Part shown: piece by piece, positions 26,378 to 33,499 of the stretch | Layout: each line of letters opens with the position of its first letter | Position numbering within the stretch: position 1 is the first letter of the stretch | From: a virus | Reading direction: 5' to 3' (one strand) | Virus record (IMG/VR): IMGVR_UViG_3300017440_000004 | Location: 1 to 42,216 of that record | DNA length: 42,216 nt | Program-made: the position numbers and the translations under genes | Notes under the pieces: generated by a model | Database searches by the model: none | What the model saw: only the letters and a program-made list of their open reading frames with translations | What the model was told of the DNA's origin: nothing

Positions 26378-28083
26378 TGTTCCACTATTTCGAAGCCATC
26401 ACGAACACCAGCGGCGATAGCTTGATTGGCTACTTTGCGCGTGTGGTCGATCCTGCCACGCAGAACACGGTCACGATTTCGGCAGATGATAATGGCACGC
26501 CGATTGTCACCGTGTCTGGCGTCGAAAACGCGGCCACGACGGATCAGTATGGCAACCTTGATTTCTACGTCGTGCCGGGGACGTATCACCTCGACATTTA
26601 CGCCCCCAACGCTACCAGTCTGATCCTGCGCGTCCAGAATGTGTCGATGAACTCGACCAAGGGTGATACGGGCGATCAGGGGCCGCAGGGCGATCCTGGC
26701 GAGGGCCTTGCTGATGTAATGGCACCCAATGGCGCGGGACTGGTCGGCTTCGTTCAAAACTCGGTTAATGCAGTAACCAGAGATTTGCAGTCCAAGGCAC
26801 GTGAATGGGTTTCCATCAAAGATTTTGGCGCTGTTGGCGCGCCTGCGGATGACACGGCTGCAATTCAGGCTGCGTATAACAGTGGAGCATCTTTGATAAT
26901 TTACCCACCGGGTGAATATCTGCACAAGGCATTGACCATTACTACGCCATATCAAAGGCACTATGGCCCCGGTGCAAAGCTGACCCGCACTCAAGCTAAT
27001 ACTTCTATCACCATTGCTAACGCCGCGCGCGGCGTGCATCTGGTAGAATTGCGTTTCGGGGTTCAGACATCCGGCATGGCTGGCGACAATATTATTGTCA
27101 ATGCACCTGACTTTCGTTGGTTATTTTGTGAAAGTCGTGATTGCGCGGGAATACCTCTGCATTTTGTGAACTGCGGTGGCGGCATGACTGTTATCGGAGG
27201 CGTATTGCAAACCGCTAACCAGACCGCAAGCGGCTGGGACATGAAGGTAGAACATGACACCGGGCGATCCGATGATACTTTGTACGGCTGCTTTAGCGGG
27301 GTGATTACCAATCAAGACACTGGCGGCTTCTGGTTCACTGGCAAGGTCGGTACTATGTCGGTTAACAACCAATGCCAGTTTGGCAAACTACGCATGGATA
27401 ATGGCGGGTCGTCTCGCATCTCGCACAGCCGCATCAATAACGATGCTACTATTCTGTCGGGATTTGCAACTTTTACCGGCTGTAATTTGAACGGACAAAC
27501 TGTGTTTGGTCAGGCAGGCCAGCCAAACATTGGTTCGATTTGTTTTGACAACACTAATGTGTCTGCCGTTTATGGCTCTTTGACCATTAATTCCAATGTG
27601 ATTCAAAGCAGCTTTGAACTTGGACAAATTGCAAGCGCCGGCACGCCCGTCACGATCAACAGCTACAACAACGACATTTCTCTTGACGACATTCCGATTT
27701 CCATTGGGCTAGGCGCTGGTTCTGGGTCGCCTTCTTTGGGTGACGCAACCTACACTGCAAGGATGTCTTGTCATGGGCGCAGGCGTCAAATCTCACTGTC
27801 TTTTCAAGCTGGCGGGACCACCAATTTTGGCAGCAACGCAATTTATTTTACGATTCCCGTTCAGGCTAAACGCGTTGCCGTTTCTCAGGTTATCGCCACC
27901 GCCCAAGGAAGATTCTGGGATTTTGCAGCACGGATTCGCCCCGGCGAAGACAGGGTTTATTTGTTTCCCTCAAGTGGTTTGGCATCGGAAACGGACGCCG
28001 CCGGCACCGGCGTTACCGGAGCCTATCCTGTAAGTTTGGCGGGGTCGTTGATCGAGGTCGATATTGCCTTTACTCAAAACTGA
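26377..28083 (+). CDS. Tailspike with a pectate-lyase-superfamily beta-helix (putative polysaccharide depolymerase)
   Basis: A short GXY stretch (KGDTGDQGPQGDPGEG) is followed by VSIKDFGAVGAPADDTAAIQAAYNSG, typical of Pectate_lyase_3-type tailspikes. The distal two-thirds is lower in GC (27481-27540 is 45%). Confidence 0.8.
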   Translation: MFHYFEAITNTSGDSLIGYFARVVDPATQNTVTISADDNGTPIVTVSGVENAATTDQYGNLDFYVVPGTYHLDIYAPNATSLILRVQNVSMNSTKGDTGDQGPQGDPGEGLADVMAPNGAGLVGFVQNSVNAVTRDLQSKAREWVSIKDFGAVGAPADDTAAIQAAYNSGASLIIYPPGEYLHKALTITTPYQRHYGPGAKLTRTQANTSITIANAARGVHLVELRFGVQTSGMAGDNIIVNAPDFRWLFCESRDCAGIPLHFVNCGGGMTVIGGVLQTANQTASGWDMKVEHDTGRSDDTLYGCFSGVITNQDTGGFWFTGKVGTMSVNNQCQFGKLRMDNGGSSRISHSRINNDATILSGFATFTGCNLNGQTVFGQAGQPNIGSICFDNTNVSAVYGSLTINSNVIQSSFELGQIASAGTPVTINSYNNDISLDDIPISIGLGAGSGSPSLGDATYTARMSCHGRRRQISLSFQAGGTTNFGSNAIYFTIPVQAKRVAVSQVIATAQGRFWDFAARIRPGEDRVYLFPSSGLASETDAAGTGVTGAYPVSLAGSLIEVDIAFTQN

Positions 28084-28104
28084 ATTCCGCAACGGCTTGG
28101 TAAT

Positions 28105-28293
28105 ATGCTACAGGAACTACCGCCACCAATCATATGGGAGTGTATCGTGAAGGACGAGAAGAAGAAGCCCAAGCCGGAAGAGTGTGAGGGCCTGACGCCG
28201 GTTGAACAGCCGGTGCCGAATGCGCTTCCCGTTGACGATAGCGGCGGCGGCGGCAACACGAATCCAACGCAGCCCGGAAAGCCGCCGAAGTGA
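28105..28293 (+). CDS. Pro/Lys/Gly-rich small protein (62 aa)
   Basis: Track ORF. No good SD. The C-terminal motif is SGGGGNTNPTQPGKPPK. Confidence 0.4.
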   Translation: MLQELPPPIIWECIVKDEKKKPKPEECEGLTPVEQPVPNALPVDDSGGGGNTNPTQPGKPPK

Positions 28294-28379
28294 TGCGCGT
28301 ATCCGGTGGAGGCGGAAACTCCAATCCCAAGCGTCCCGGTAAGCCAAAGCCTGCCGCAAAGCCGCGTCCTAGCAAGTGA
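28293..28379 (+). CDS. Possible 28-aa ORF repeating the GGGGN-NP-PGKP motif
   Basis: Hand-translated: MRVSGGGGNSNPKRPGKPKPAAKPRPSK. TGATG overlap upstream and GTGA overlap downstream. It is in the -1 frame relative to 28105..28293. Confidence 0.3.
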   Translation: MRVSGGGGNSNPKRPGKPKPAAKPRPSK

Positions 28380-28909
28380 TTAGGCTGGCGTTCTTCGGCG
28401 CTGCATGTGTTGCGGCTATTATCGTCGCATCATTTGCGCGTGAAGGACGCCAGTGCCTGTTAGTGGCGTCGGCGGTGGTAGCCATTAACTGGCTGCTGTT
28501 TGCATCCTATTGGATATATCAGCCGGCCTCCCCCGCCTTCGTAGTGTGGGGCATTGCCGATCGGCTAGGGTTCGATCTGCCCGTCAAGCATGAAGACATG
28601 TGGGCATTAGCCGACCTCGCAAGCCTTATGGTGACTGCTTGGTGGTGCCGCCCATATTGGTGGTCGCCCTTGCTCTGGTCGATGTATCTCGCCTGCCTCT
28701 GCGTTCATGCAGTAGCATGGGTTAATGGCCTAGAATACCTAGATTATAGATATGCGTTAGACGGCGCGCTAGTGGTGCAATTGGCCGTACTGTTCTTGAT
28801 AGGGGGCGATGGTTGTGCCGATAGTGTGTCTGATCTTTGCCGCCGCGTTCGTGATGTGGTCAGGACTGCCAGCGGAAATCTACAATCGTTTAGTAGGTCG
28901 TCGCGGTGA
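28376..28909 (+). CDS. Multi-pass membrane protein (177 aa, Trp/Cys-rich)
   Basis: Four to five hydrophobic segments (e.g. LAFFGAACVAAIIVASF, LLVASAVVAINWLLFASYWIY). It is the first gene of the lysis-region cluster. Confidence 0.6.
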   Translation: MIRLAFFGAACVAAIIVASFAREGRQCLLVASAVVAINWLLFASYWIYQPASPAFVVWGIADRLGFDLPVKHEDMWALADLASLMVTAWWCRPYWWSPLLWSMYLACLCVHAVAWVNGLEYLDYRYALDGALVVQLAVLFLIGGDGCADSVSDLCRRVRDVVRTASGNLQSFSRSSR

Positions 28910-29211
28910 TTGAGCAGACGGACTTCCGTCATGTGTGGCTGGTCATGTCCGCTATGGCAGGAGCGATCACGGCACTGGCGCAGACCCGATACAAGGAAAT
29001 GACGTGGGCCGACATCGGCTTTACACTCTTTTCCGGTTTCGGGTTTGCGGTGTTTTTTATGCCTTGGGTGGCGGTCAAAATGGGCGTTTCGCCTGACGAC
29101 ATCCGCGCTACCAACGCCATCGTCTATATCGGGGGAACAGGCTGGAATATCCTGATGCCATTCGCCATCGCCAAAGTGCGCCAGTTTCTGGGCGGGAAGG
29201 ACGAAGCATGA
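28906..29211 (+). CDS. Putative holin (3 TM, 101 aa)
   Basis: Three hydrophobic helices and a charged C-terminus (KVRQFLGGKDEA). It lies two genes upstream of the endolysin gene. Confidence 0.55.
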   Translation: MIEQTDFRHVWLVMSAMAGAITALAQTRYKEMTWADIGFTLFSGFGFAVFFMPWVAVKMGVSPDDIRATNAIVYIGGTGWNILMPFAIAKVRQFLGGKDEA

Positions 29212-29531
29212 CCGTCTTTGACGCCATCAATACGGCGGGCCGCATAATCCTGACCTGCATCGTGGTCTACAAGGTCACGCAGTTTCGGGAAATGGCGAAC
29301 GTAGTGGAGCGATACGGGCTAGGCTTAATGGGCGCGGGTTCGTTCCTGACGGTGCCGGTCATCCTCTACAAGAACCAGAACCCCTTCGAGGGGTGGGCGG
29401 TGTCGCTGTTGACCATCGGGGCGATCATGTTCCTGTCGGGCCGCACGTGGCGAGATATGAAGCATCAGCGGGCCAACAGGATCATGATAGAGCGTGGCCG
29501 CGACTGGCAGGCTCATAAGGGGCAACCATGA
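29208..29531 (+). CDS. Membrane protein (3 TM, 107 aa), second holin/antiholin candidate
   Basis: Three hydrophobic helices and a basic C-terminus (RDMKHQRANRIMIERGRDWQAHKGQP). ATGA coupling to the endolysin gene. Confidence 0.5.
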   Translation: MTVFDAINTAGRIILTCIVVYKVTQFREMANVVERYGLGLMGAGSFLTVPVILYKNQNPFEGWAVSLLTIGAIMFLSGRTWRDMKHQRANRIMIERGRDWQAHKGQP

Positions 29532-30094
29532 CCAACAGGACCGCGCTATTCGATGCGATCAGGCCGTTTGCGCCTAACAAGGCTTTCACGCCTGCGATGG
29601 TCACAATGGTCGATGCGCTGGCGGATCGTTTCGGTTTGCCGCGTGTCGGGTCCGACGACTGGCTTCCGTACGCTCTCAGCCTCATTAAGCAGTTTGAGGG
29701 ATGCCGGCTTACCGCATATCCCGATCCCGGTTCTGGCGGCGATCCCTGGACGATTGGCTGGGGTTCTACGGGTGCGGGCATCGCCAAGGGTGTGACGTGG
29801 ACGCAAGCACAGGCGGATTTGCGGCTGGCGCAGGATGTAATGAAGTTTGCGGCTGGTGTGGATGCGGCGCTGGCGGGCGCGGTTGTCACCGCCAAGCAGA
29901 AGGGTGCGCTGGTATCGTTCGCGTACAATGTCGGCACTAAGGCGCTGGCGGATAGCACGCTGCTGAAGCTGCATAAGGCTGGCGACTATGCGGGGGCTAA
30001 AGGGCAGTTCGGCCGCTGGAATAAGGCCGATGGTAAGGTCATGGCAGGCCTGACCAAGAGGCGGGCGGCTGAAGCGGAGGTATACGGGTCATGA
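29528..30094 (+). CDS. Endolysin, GH24 (T4/lambda-type) muramidase
   Basis: Motifs LIKQFEGCRLTAYPDPG...DPWTIGWGSTG...ALVSFAYNVG...GLTKRRAAE. Confidence 0.92.
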   Translation: MTNRTALFDAIRPFAPNKAFTPAMVTMVDALADRFGLPRVGSDDWLPYALSLIKQFEGCRLTAYPDPGSGGDPWTIGWGSTGAGIAKGVTWTQAQADLRLAQDVMKFAAGVDAALAGAVVTAKQKGALVSFAYNVGTKALADSTLLKLHKAGDYAGAKGQFGRWNKADGKVMAGLTKRRAAEAEVYGS

Positions 30095-30303
30095 GCGAAG
30101 ATCGCCACAATCTGATCCTTGGCCTAGCCATCATTGCCGCCATCGTCATCGTTTACATTGCCGGCGTCTGGAACGGCGCTCCTGCCGATATAGCCGTGCT
30201 GACCGGCCTGATCGGTGTGTTGGGCACGTTTACGCGGAAGTCCGGCGCTACGCCTTCTGGAACGCCGAAAGACCCTGTTTCTGTAGAGGAAGTGAAGCCA
30301 TGA
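30091..30303 (+). CDS. Small membrane protein (70 aa), lysis accessory candidate
   Basis: TM helix LILGLAIIAAIVIVYIAGVW. There is no Cys, so no lipobox. ATGA coupling on both sides. Confidence 0.5.
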   Translation: MSEDRHNLILGLAIIAAIVIVYIAGVWNGAPADIAVLTGLIGVLGTFTRKSGATPSGTPKDPVSVEEVKP

Positions 30304-30440
30304 AAATCAACATTGGAAAACTCATCAGTGCCATTGTCAAAACCGCCAAGGCAAACCCGACGCTGGTTATCAGCGCCGTGTCTGCCATTGGTCCGGTCAT
30401 TAAGGCTGTGAAGGCGGAAGTGAAGAAGCCTAAGGTTTAG
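30300..30440 (+). CDS. 46-aa polycationic amphipathic peptide (disruptin-like candidate)
   Basis: Hand-translated; below the track cut-off: MKINIGKLISAIVKTAKANPTLVISAVSAIGPVIKAVKAEVKKPKV. It has 9 Lys and 1 Glu. It is the last gene of the rightward operon and its start is coupled to the upstream stop (ATGA). Confidence 0.5.
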   Translation: MKINIGKLISAIVKTAKANPTLVISAVSAIGPVIKAVKAEVKKPKV

Positions 30441-30445
30441 GCTTC
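30425..30445. terminator. Hairpin spanning the convergent stop codons; candidate bidirectional terminator
   Basis: GAAGCCTAA-ggt-TTAGGCTTC is a 9-bp stem. Only 3 nt separate the + stop (30438-30440) from the - stop (30444-30446). Confidence 0.35.
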
Positions 30446-30779
30446 ACTCCTCCCCGCCAAGAGGTTCAGTAGGGAGGGCGGAAAGATAGCCGGCAGCGTA
30501 GCTTTCGGCGGCGTCACTTGGGCTTTCGTCTCGCGAAAACTCCCATCCTTGCTCAAACCCGGCTACATAGGCCGTTCGAATTGCCGCCGCCTCGCGCATA
30601 TCGCGCCGCCCGGCTTCGTATGTCCGTTGGAGCGTATCTGCCACTTCGCGAAGGAAGACGGCGTTCACTTGGCACCAGTCGGTGCCGTCGCCCGCCATAT
30701 AGTCAGGATTGTCAGCTTCGGCGCACAGCTTCGCGATAAGCCCCTCCACGTCCTCCTGCGGCTTCTGGTGCGGGTTCAT
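30444..30779 (-). CDS. Acidic hypothetical early protein (111 aa)
   Basis: Internal ATG (MNPHQKPQEDVEG...) of the 242-aa track ORF. ATGA overlap with the upstream stop. Confidence 0.65.
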   Translation of the reverse strand: MNPHQKPQEDVEGLIAKLCAEADNPDYMAGDGTDWCQVNAVFLREVADTLQRTYEAGRRDMREAAAIRTAYVAGFEQGWEFSRDESPSDAAESYAAGYLSALPTEPLGGEE

Positions 30780-30979
30780 GGGCGCAAACCTTTCTTGGCT
30801 GGGGATGCCGATAAGCCGCCCTTGATCTGGCGGACGAAGTAGGTCGCGCCACCCGGATACGAGAAGTGCCAGCCCCAGCCGAGACGTTCGGGATGCCGGT
30901 CGAAAGTGGCCTTCGCCTCCATCATCATGCGAACGACAGCTTCCATGTCTTCCGGCTCTGCATTGACGATGAACTTCAT
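30776..30979 (-). CDS. Hypothetical early protein (67 aa)
   Basis: MKFIVNAEPEDMEAVV... TGATG coupling. GGAGG upstream. Confidence 0.6.
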   Translation of the reverse strand: MKFIVNAEPEDMEAVVRMMMEAKATFDRHPERLGWGWHFSYPGGATYFVRQIKGGLSASPAKKGLRP

Positions 30980-31200
30980 CACTCGCCTCCGTTATGAAGG
31001 GCGGCGCGAGTACCACAGCGCGCGTACTCGCCCTGATCGTCGCCGCAGTGGAAGCACGACCCATCATGGTTGACCGGCGCACCTTTGCAGCGGCGAGGTT
31101 CTGGCAACGCATCGACCGCCGCCATGAAGCGATGCTTGTGGGCAAGAGACGCCGCCACCCGTGCAGAGTCAACGTCGCGCATCATCTGCTCAATCGACAT
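30979..31200 (-). CDS. Cys-rich hypothetical early protein (73 aa)
   Basis: Internal ATG (MSIEQMMRDVDS...) overlaps the upstream gene by 11 nt. Contains CKGAPVNHDGSCFHCGDDQGEYARCG. Confidence 0.6.
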   Translation of the reverse strand: MSIEQMMRDVDSARVAASLAHKHRFMAAVDALPEPRRCKGAPVNHDGSCFHCGDDQGEYARCGTRAALHNGGE

Positions 31201-32113
31201 AGCGGCGGTCCCATTCCCTGATGATCGCCTGCGCGCCGACACGTCCGGTCCAGTCCATGTCCAGACTGTCGTCCAGCACCTCCGCAAGCCAATCCTCGCT
31301 TGGTGCCTCCCCGCCCATCGTGCGCCCGGTTGCGGGCTGGGTGGCGAGGGCGCGACGGGCGATTTCTTGGCTGTTCCGCGCCCCTAATGGCGACGGCCAT
31401 GCCTCCCCGCCCTCAAGGTGAACGGTTGTTCCCTTCGCAATCCTCTCCAAAGCTGCTCGGTAATGCTCCACCTCTGCCGCCTGATCGGTCGCGGCGAGGG
31501 CGCGAAAGTCCATGATCGCTAGATCAACATAAGGGTGTGCCCCGCGCTCGCTCTCAACAAGTTGATCGGAAATCGCATGGATGGTCCAGCAACGGCGTCC
31601 GTGCGGCTTGTCTTCATGCCCTGCCGTGCGCCCGTCGTTCCCTGCGCCGATGAACGCCTTTCCAGACAATTCCCGCGCAACAGCGGCTCGCATGGCTTCG
31701 ACAAACGCCGTCTCATCAGTGGCCGCGTCGGTCCAAGGCACGGCGATAATATCAAGGTCGCGCGCCATGCTGCCATGAACGGCAAGCGACCATCCGTCCT
31801 GTCGAGCCACGCGGCGCATTTCGGACAGAAGCCGAACACTAATCGCCTCCACCGCCCCGCGCTCGGTCGGGCGTGCGGTAGTGGCGGCGCGGGTGTTCCA
31901 AGCTGCAACGGCCTTCTGTTCTGTGTCCGCAGTTGGCCCTTTGATCGGGCAGTACGCACATTGAACCCGGTAGAGGGGAGAGAGCGCCGGATGCTGCCAT
32001 ACGTCATCCCCGTTCGGCACGGCCTCGTCTGCATGAGAGGCGCACCAAGGGTTCGGACAAGGCAGCGCCCTCGCCTCCGGGCTTTTGGCTGGCTGTGCGG
32101 GTTCAGGCGTCAT
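31190..32113 (-). CDS. Lar-like zinc-finger N-domain fused to an uncharacterised 230-aa region with an hGS..DxD nucleotidyltransferase-like motif
   Basis: The N-terminus CPNPWC...(about 35 aa)...VQCAYCPIKGPTADTEQKAVAAWNTRA resembles the Lar restriction-alleviation family. The middle region contains SLAVHGSMARDLDIIAVPW. This is the largest gene in the early chain. Confidence 0.6.
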   Translation of the reverse strand: MTPEPAQPAKSPEARALPCPNPWCASHADEAVPNGDDVWQHPALSPLYRVQCAYCPIKGPTADTEQKAVAAWNTRAATTARPTERGAVEAISVRLLSEMRRVARQDGWSLAVHGSMARDLDIIAVPWTDAATDETAFVEAMRAAVARELSGKAFIGAGNDGRTAGHEDKPHGRRCWTIHAISDQLVESERGAHPYVDLAIMDFRALAATDQAAEVEHYRAALERIAKGTTVHLEGGEAWPSPLGARNSQEIARRALATQPATGRTMGGEAPSEDWLAEVLDDSLDMDWTGRVGAQAIIREWDRRYVD

Positions 32114-32339
32114 AGTTCATGTCCTTGGTGGAGGCGGCGAGGGCGCGGGCCTGCGCTTCAGCCTCGATATATTGGCGAAGCGCATACCTGCTGACGTAAC
32201 CGAACTTGCGGTGGCATCTGACGCACTCGCCCCAAACGCCGTTATCGTCTGAGTTTGTCGTGCAGGGGTGGAAGCCTAGTCCGCACAGAATGCGGCCCAC
32301 CAGCCCGGTTGCCCGCGCGTCTTGGGTCGAAGGGGTCAT
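32103..32339 (-). CDS. Cys-rich hypothetical early protein (78 aa)
   Basis: Internal ATG (MTPSTQDARATG...) with ATGA overlap. Contains CGLGFHPC...CVRCHRKFG. Confidence 0.6.
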   Translation of the reverse strand: MTPSTQDARATGLVGRILCGLGFHPCTTNSDDNGVWGECVRCHRKFGYVSRYALRQYIEAEAQARALAASTKDMNYDA

Positions 32340-32488
32340 GATTTCGGCTCCCAAATCGAATAGCGCCCGCACCCTCGACACTTCCTCTGCCGGTGCGTCT
32401 TCGCCATGTTCGCGGCCCATGCGTGCCACGTCAGGTACGCTTCCGGCTGTGGCGTATGGTCCTCAAAGTTGGGACACAGTTCACCCAT
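32336..32488 (-). CDS. Cys-rich micro-protein (50 aa)
   Basis: Internal ATG (MGELCPNFEDHTP...KCRGCGRYSIWEPKS) after GGGGAGTAGGGGG. Confidence 0.55.
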   Translation of the reverse strand: MGELCPNFEDHTPQPEAYLTWHAWAANMAKTHRQRKCRGCGRYSIWEPKS

Positions 32489-32492
32489 CCCC

Positions 32493-32693
32493 CTACTCCC
32501 CTTTGGCTTGTGAGATGTGGGCGAGAACCCGGTTACCCAGATCATTGGTCTGGATGTTGATGTCGGAGACACGCGTCATCAAACCCTTGGCGCACAGATC
32601 GTTGGCGATCAGCAGCAACACTTCCAGTTCAGACAGGCTGCTCGCTATCTCCGCGATAGCAGCCGCGTCGTGCGCGGGGGCGTTGGCGGTCAT
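32493..32693 (-). CDS. Hypothetical early protein (66 aa)
   Basis: Internal ATG (MTANAPAHDAAAIAEI...) with ATGA overlap. Confidence 0.6.
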   Translation of the reverse strand: MTANAPAHDAAAIAEIASSLSELEVLLLIANDLCAKGLMTRVSDINIQTNDLGNRVLAHISQAKGE

Positions 32694-32878
32694 GACAGCC
32701 ACCATGCGAACACTGCCGTCCAGAACAGTGCGCCGACAAGCATGGCGACACACAGGCTTGCCGCTTGAAGTGCGGTCACGGGGCGATGCGCCGGCGTCCG
32801 CTCCAGCGGCACCTCTGCATCCCAACGCTGCCGCTGCGATGCAGGCGGGCGGGTGAAGTTGTCAGGTCCGATCAGCAT
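32690..32878 (-). CDS. Small protein with a C-terminal TM helix (62 aa)
   Basis: Internal ATG (MLIGPDNFTRPP...LCVAMLVGALFWTAVFAWWLS). 7-nt overlap with the upstream gene. Third positions are GC-rich. Confidence 0.6.
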   Translation of the reverse strand: MLIGPDNFTRPPASQRQRWDAEVPLERTPAHRPVTALQAASLCVAMLVGALFWTAVFAWWLS

Positions 32879-33051
32879 TGCGTGTCTCCCTCTGTGGCCC
32901 ACCTACGGGCCTGTTTCTCATTCAGTCGAGCCATTCCCGCATCAATCGCGGCATTGGCCTTGGCATACCTTGCCGCGTTGGCGGCATCCACTCTGGCGGC
33001 GAACCTGGGGTCACGCCAGTAGCGGGTTAGGAAGGTGAAGTTGTCGGTCAT
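32872..33051 (-). CDS. Hypothetical micro-protein (59 aa)
   Basis: Hand-translated base by base; below the track cut-off: MTDNFTFLTRYWRDPRFAARVDAANAARYAKANAAIDAGMARLNEKQARRWATEGDTQC. ATGA overlap with the upstream stop. Confidence 0.6.
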   Translation of the reverse strand: MTDNFTFLTRYWRDPRFAARVDAANAARYAKANAAIDAGMARLNEKQARRWATEGDTQC

Positions 33052-33344
33052 GCGACGATCTCTAGCTTAACAGCCACAACCCGGCACTGCGACGCATCAC
33101 GCATTCCCTTACCAATGGGCACAGGCAACCCCTGATAATAGAAGCCGCTGCCGTATTCGTCGGTCGACTCCCATTCTTTAGCGGTTGCCCAATAGCCAGC
33201 GGCCCAATTCCTCAAAGCTGCGTGCGCGCCTGATTTGGTCATGAATAGTCGAGGCGGTGTGCCATCATCAAATTCTACATATGACGCGTGACCGCGCGAT
33301 GTGGGCAGCAACTTGCCGTCGCTGATGCGTTGGATCGCGTACAT
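33048..33344 (-). CDS. Hypothetical early protein (98 aa)
   Basis: MYAIQRISDGKLLPTSRGH... TGATG coupling. GGAGGG upstream. Confidence 0.65.
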   Translation of the reverse strand: MYAIQRISDGKLLPTSRGHASYVEFDDGTPPRLFMTKSGAHAALRNWAAGYWATAKEWESTDEYGSGFYYQGLPVPIGKGMRDASQCRVVAVKLEIVA

Positions 33345-33499
33345 CACCCTCCAACCCTCCCATCCCTATCCCGCCGCACCCCAGTCAACCCCGCCTCGCC
33401 ATCACGCATTGGCTTCAGGGTCCGTTCGCAGTGGGCGCAGTACGGGCGACCAAAGTACCCGCGCCCGGTTGGGCGGCTGTGGCAGTCGGGGCAGGTCAT
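33344..33499 (-). CDS. Zn-ribbon micro-protein (51 aa)
   Basis: MTCPDCHSRPTGRGYFGRPYCAHCERTLKPMRDGEAG... The third-position GC signal is very strong. The ATG overlaps the stop of the upstream ORF (ATGA). Confidence 0.55.
   Translation of the reverse strand: MTCPDCHSRPTGRGYFGRPYCAHCERTLKPMRDGEAGLTGVRRDRDGRVGG

Noticed and set aside
30444-31172. 242-aa track ORF read as a single gene
   Set aside because: Only its last 111 codons (from ATG 30779, in an ATGA overlap) are plausible. The upstream 131 codons overlap two other well-coupled genes in different frames.
31535-32856. Plus-strand ORFs 31535..32194 (219 aa) and 32206..32856 (216 aa)
   Set aside because: They are antisense to the tightly coupled leftward micro-gene chain. 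Their composition is Arg/Pro/Ser-rich. The minus-strand frames show the ATGA/TGATG coupling and the GC3 signal instead.
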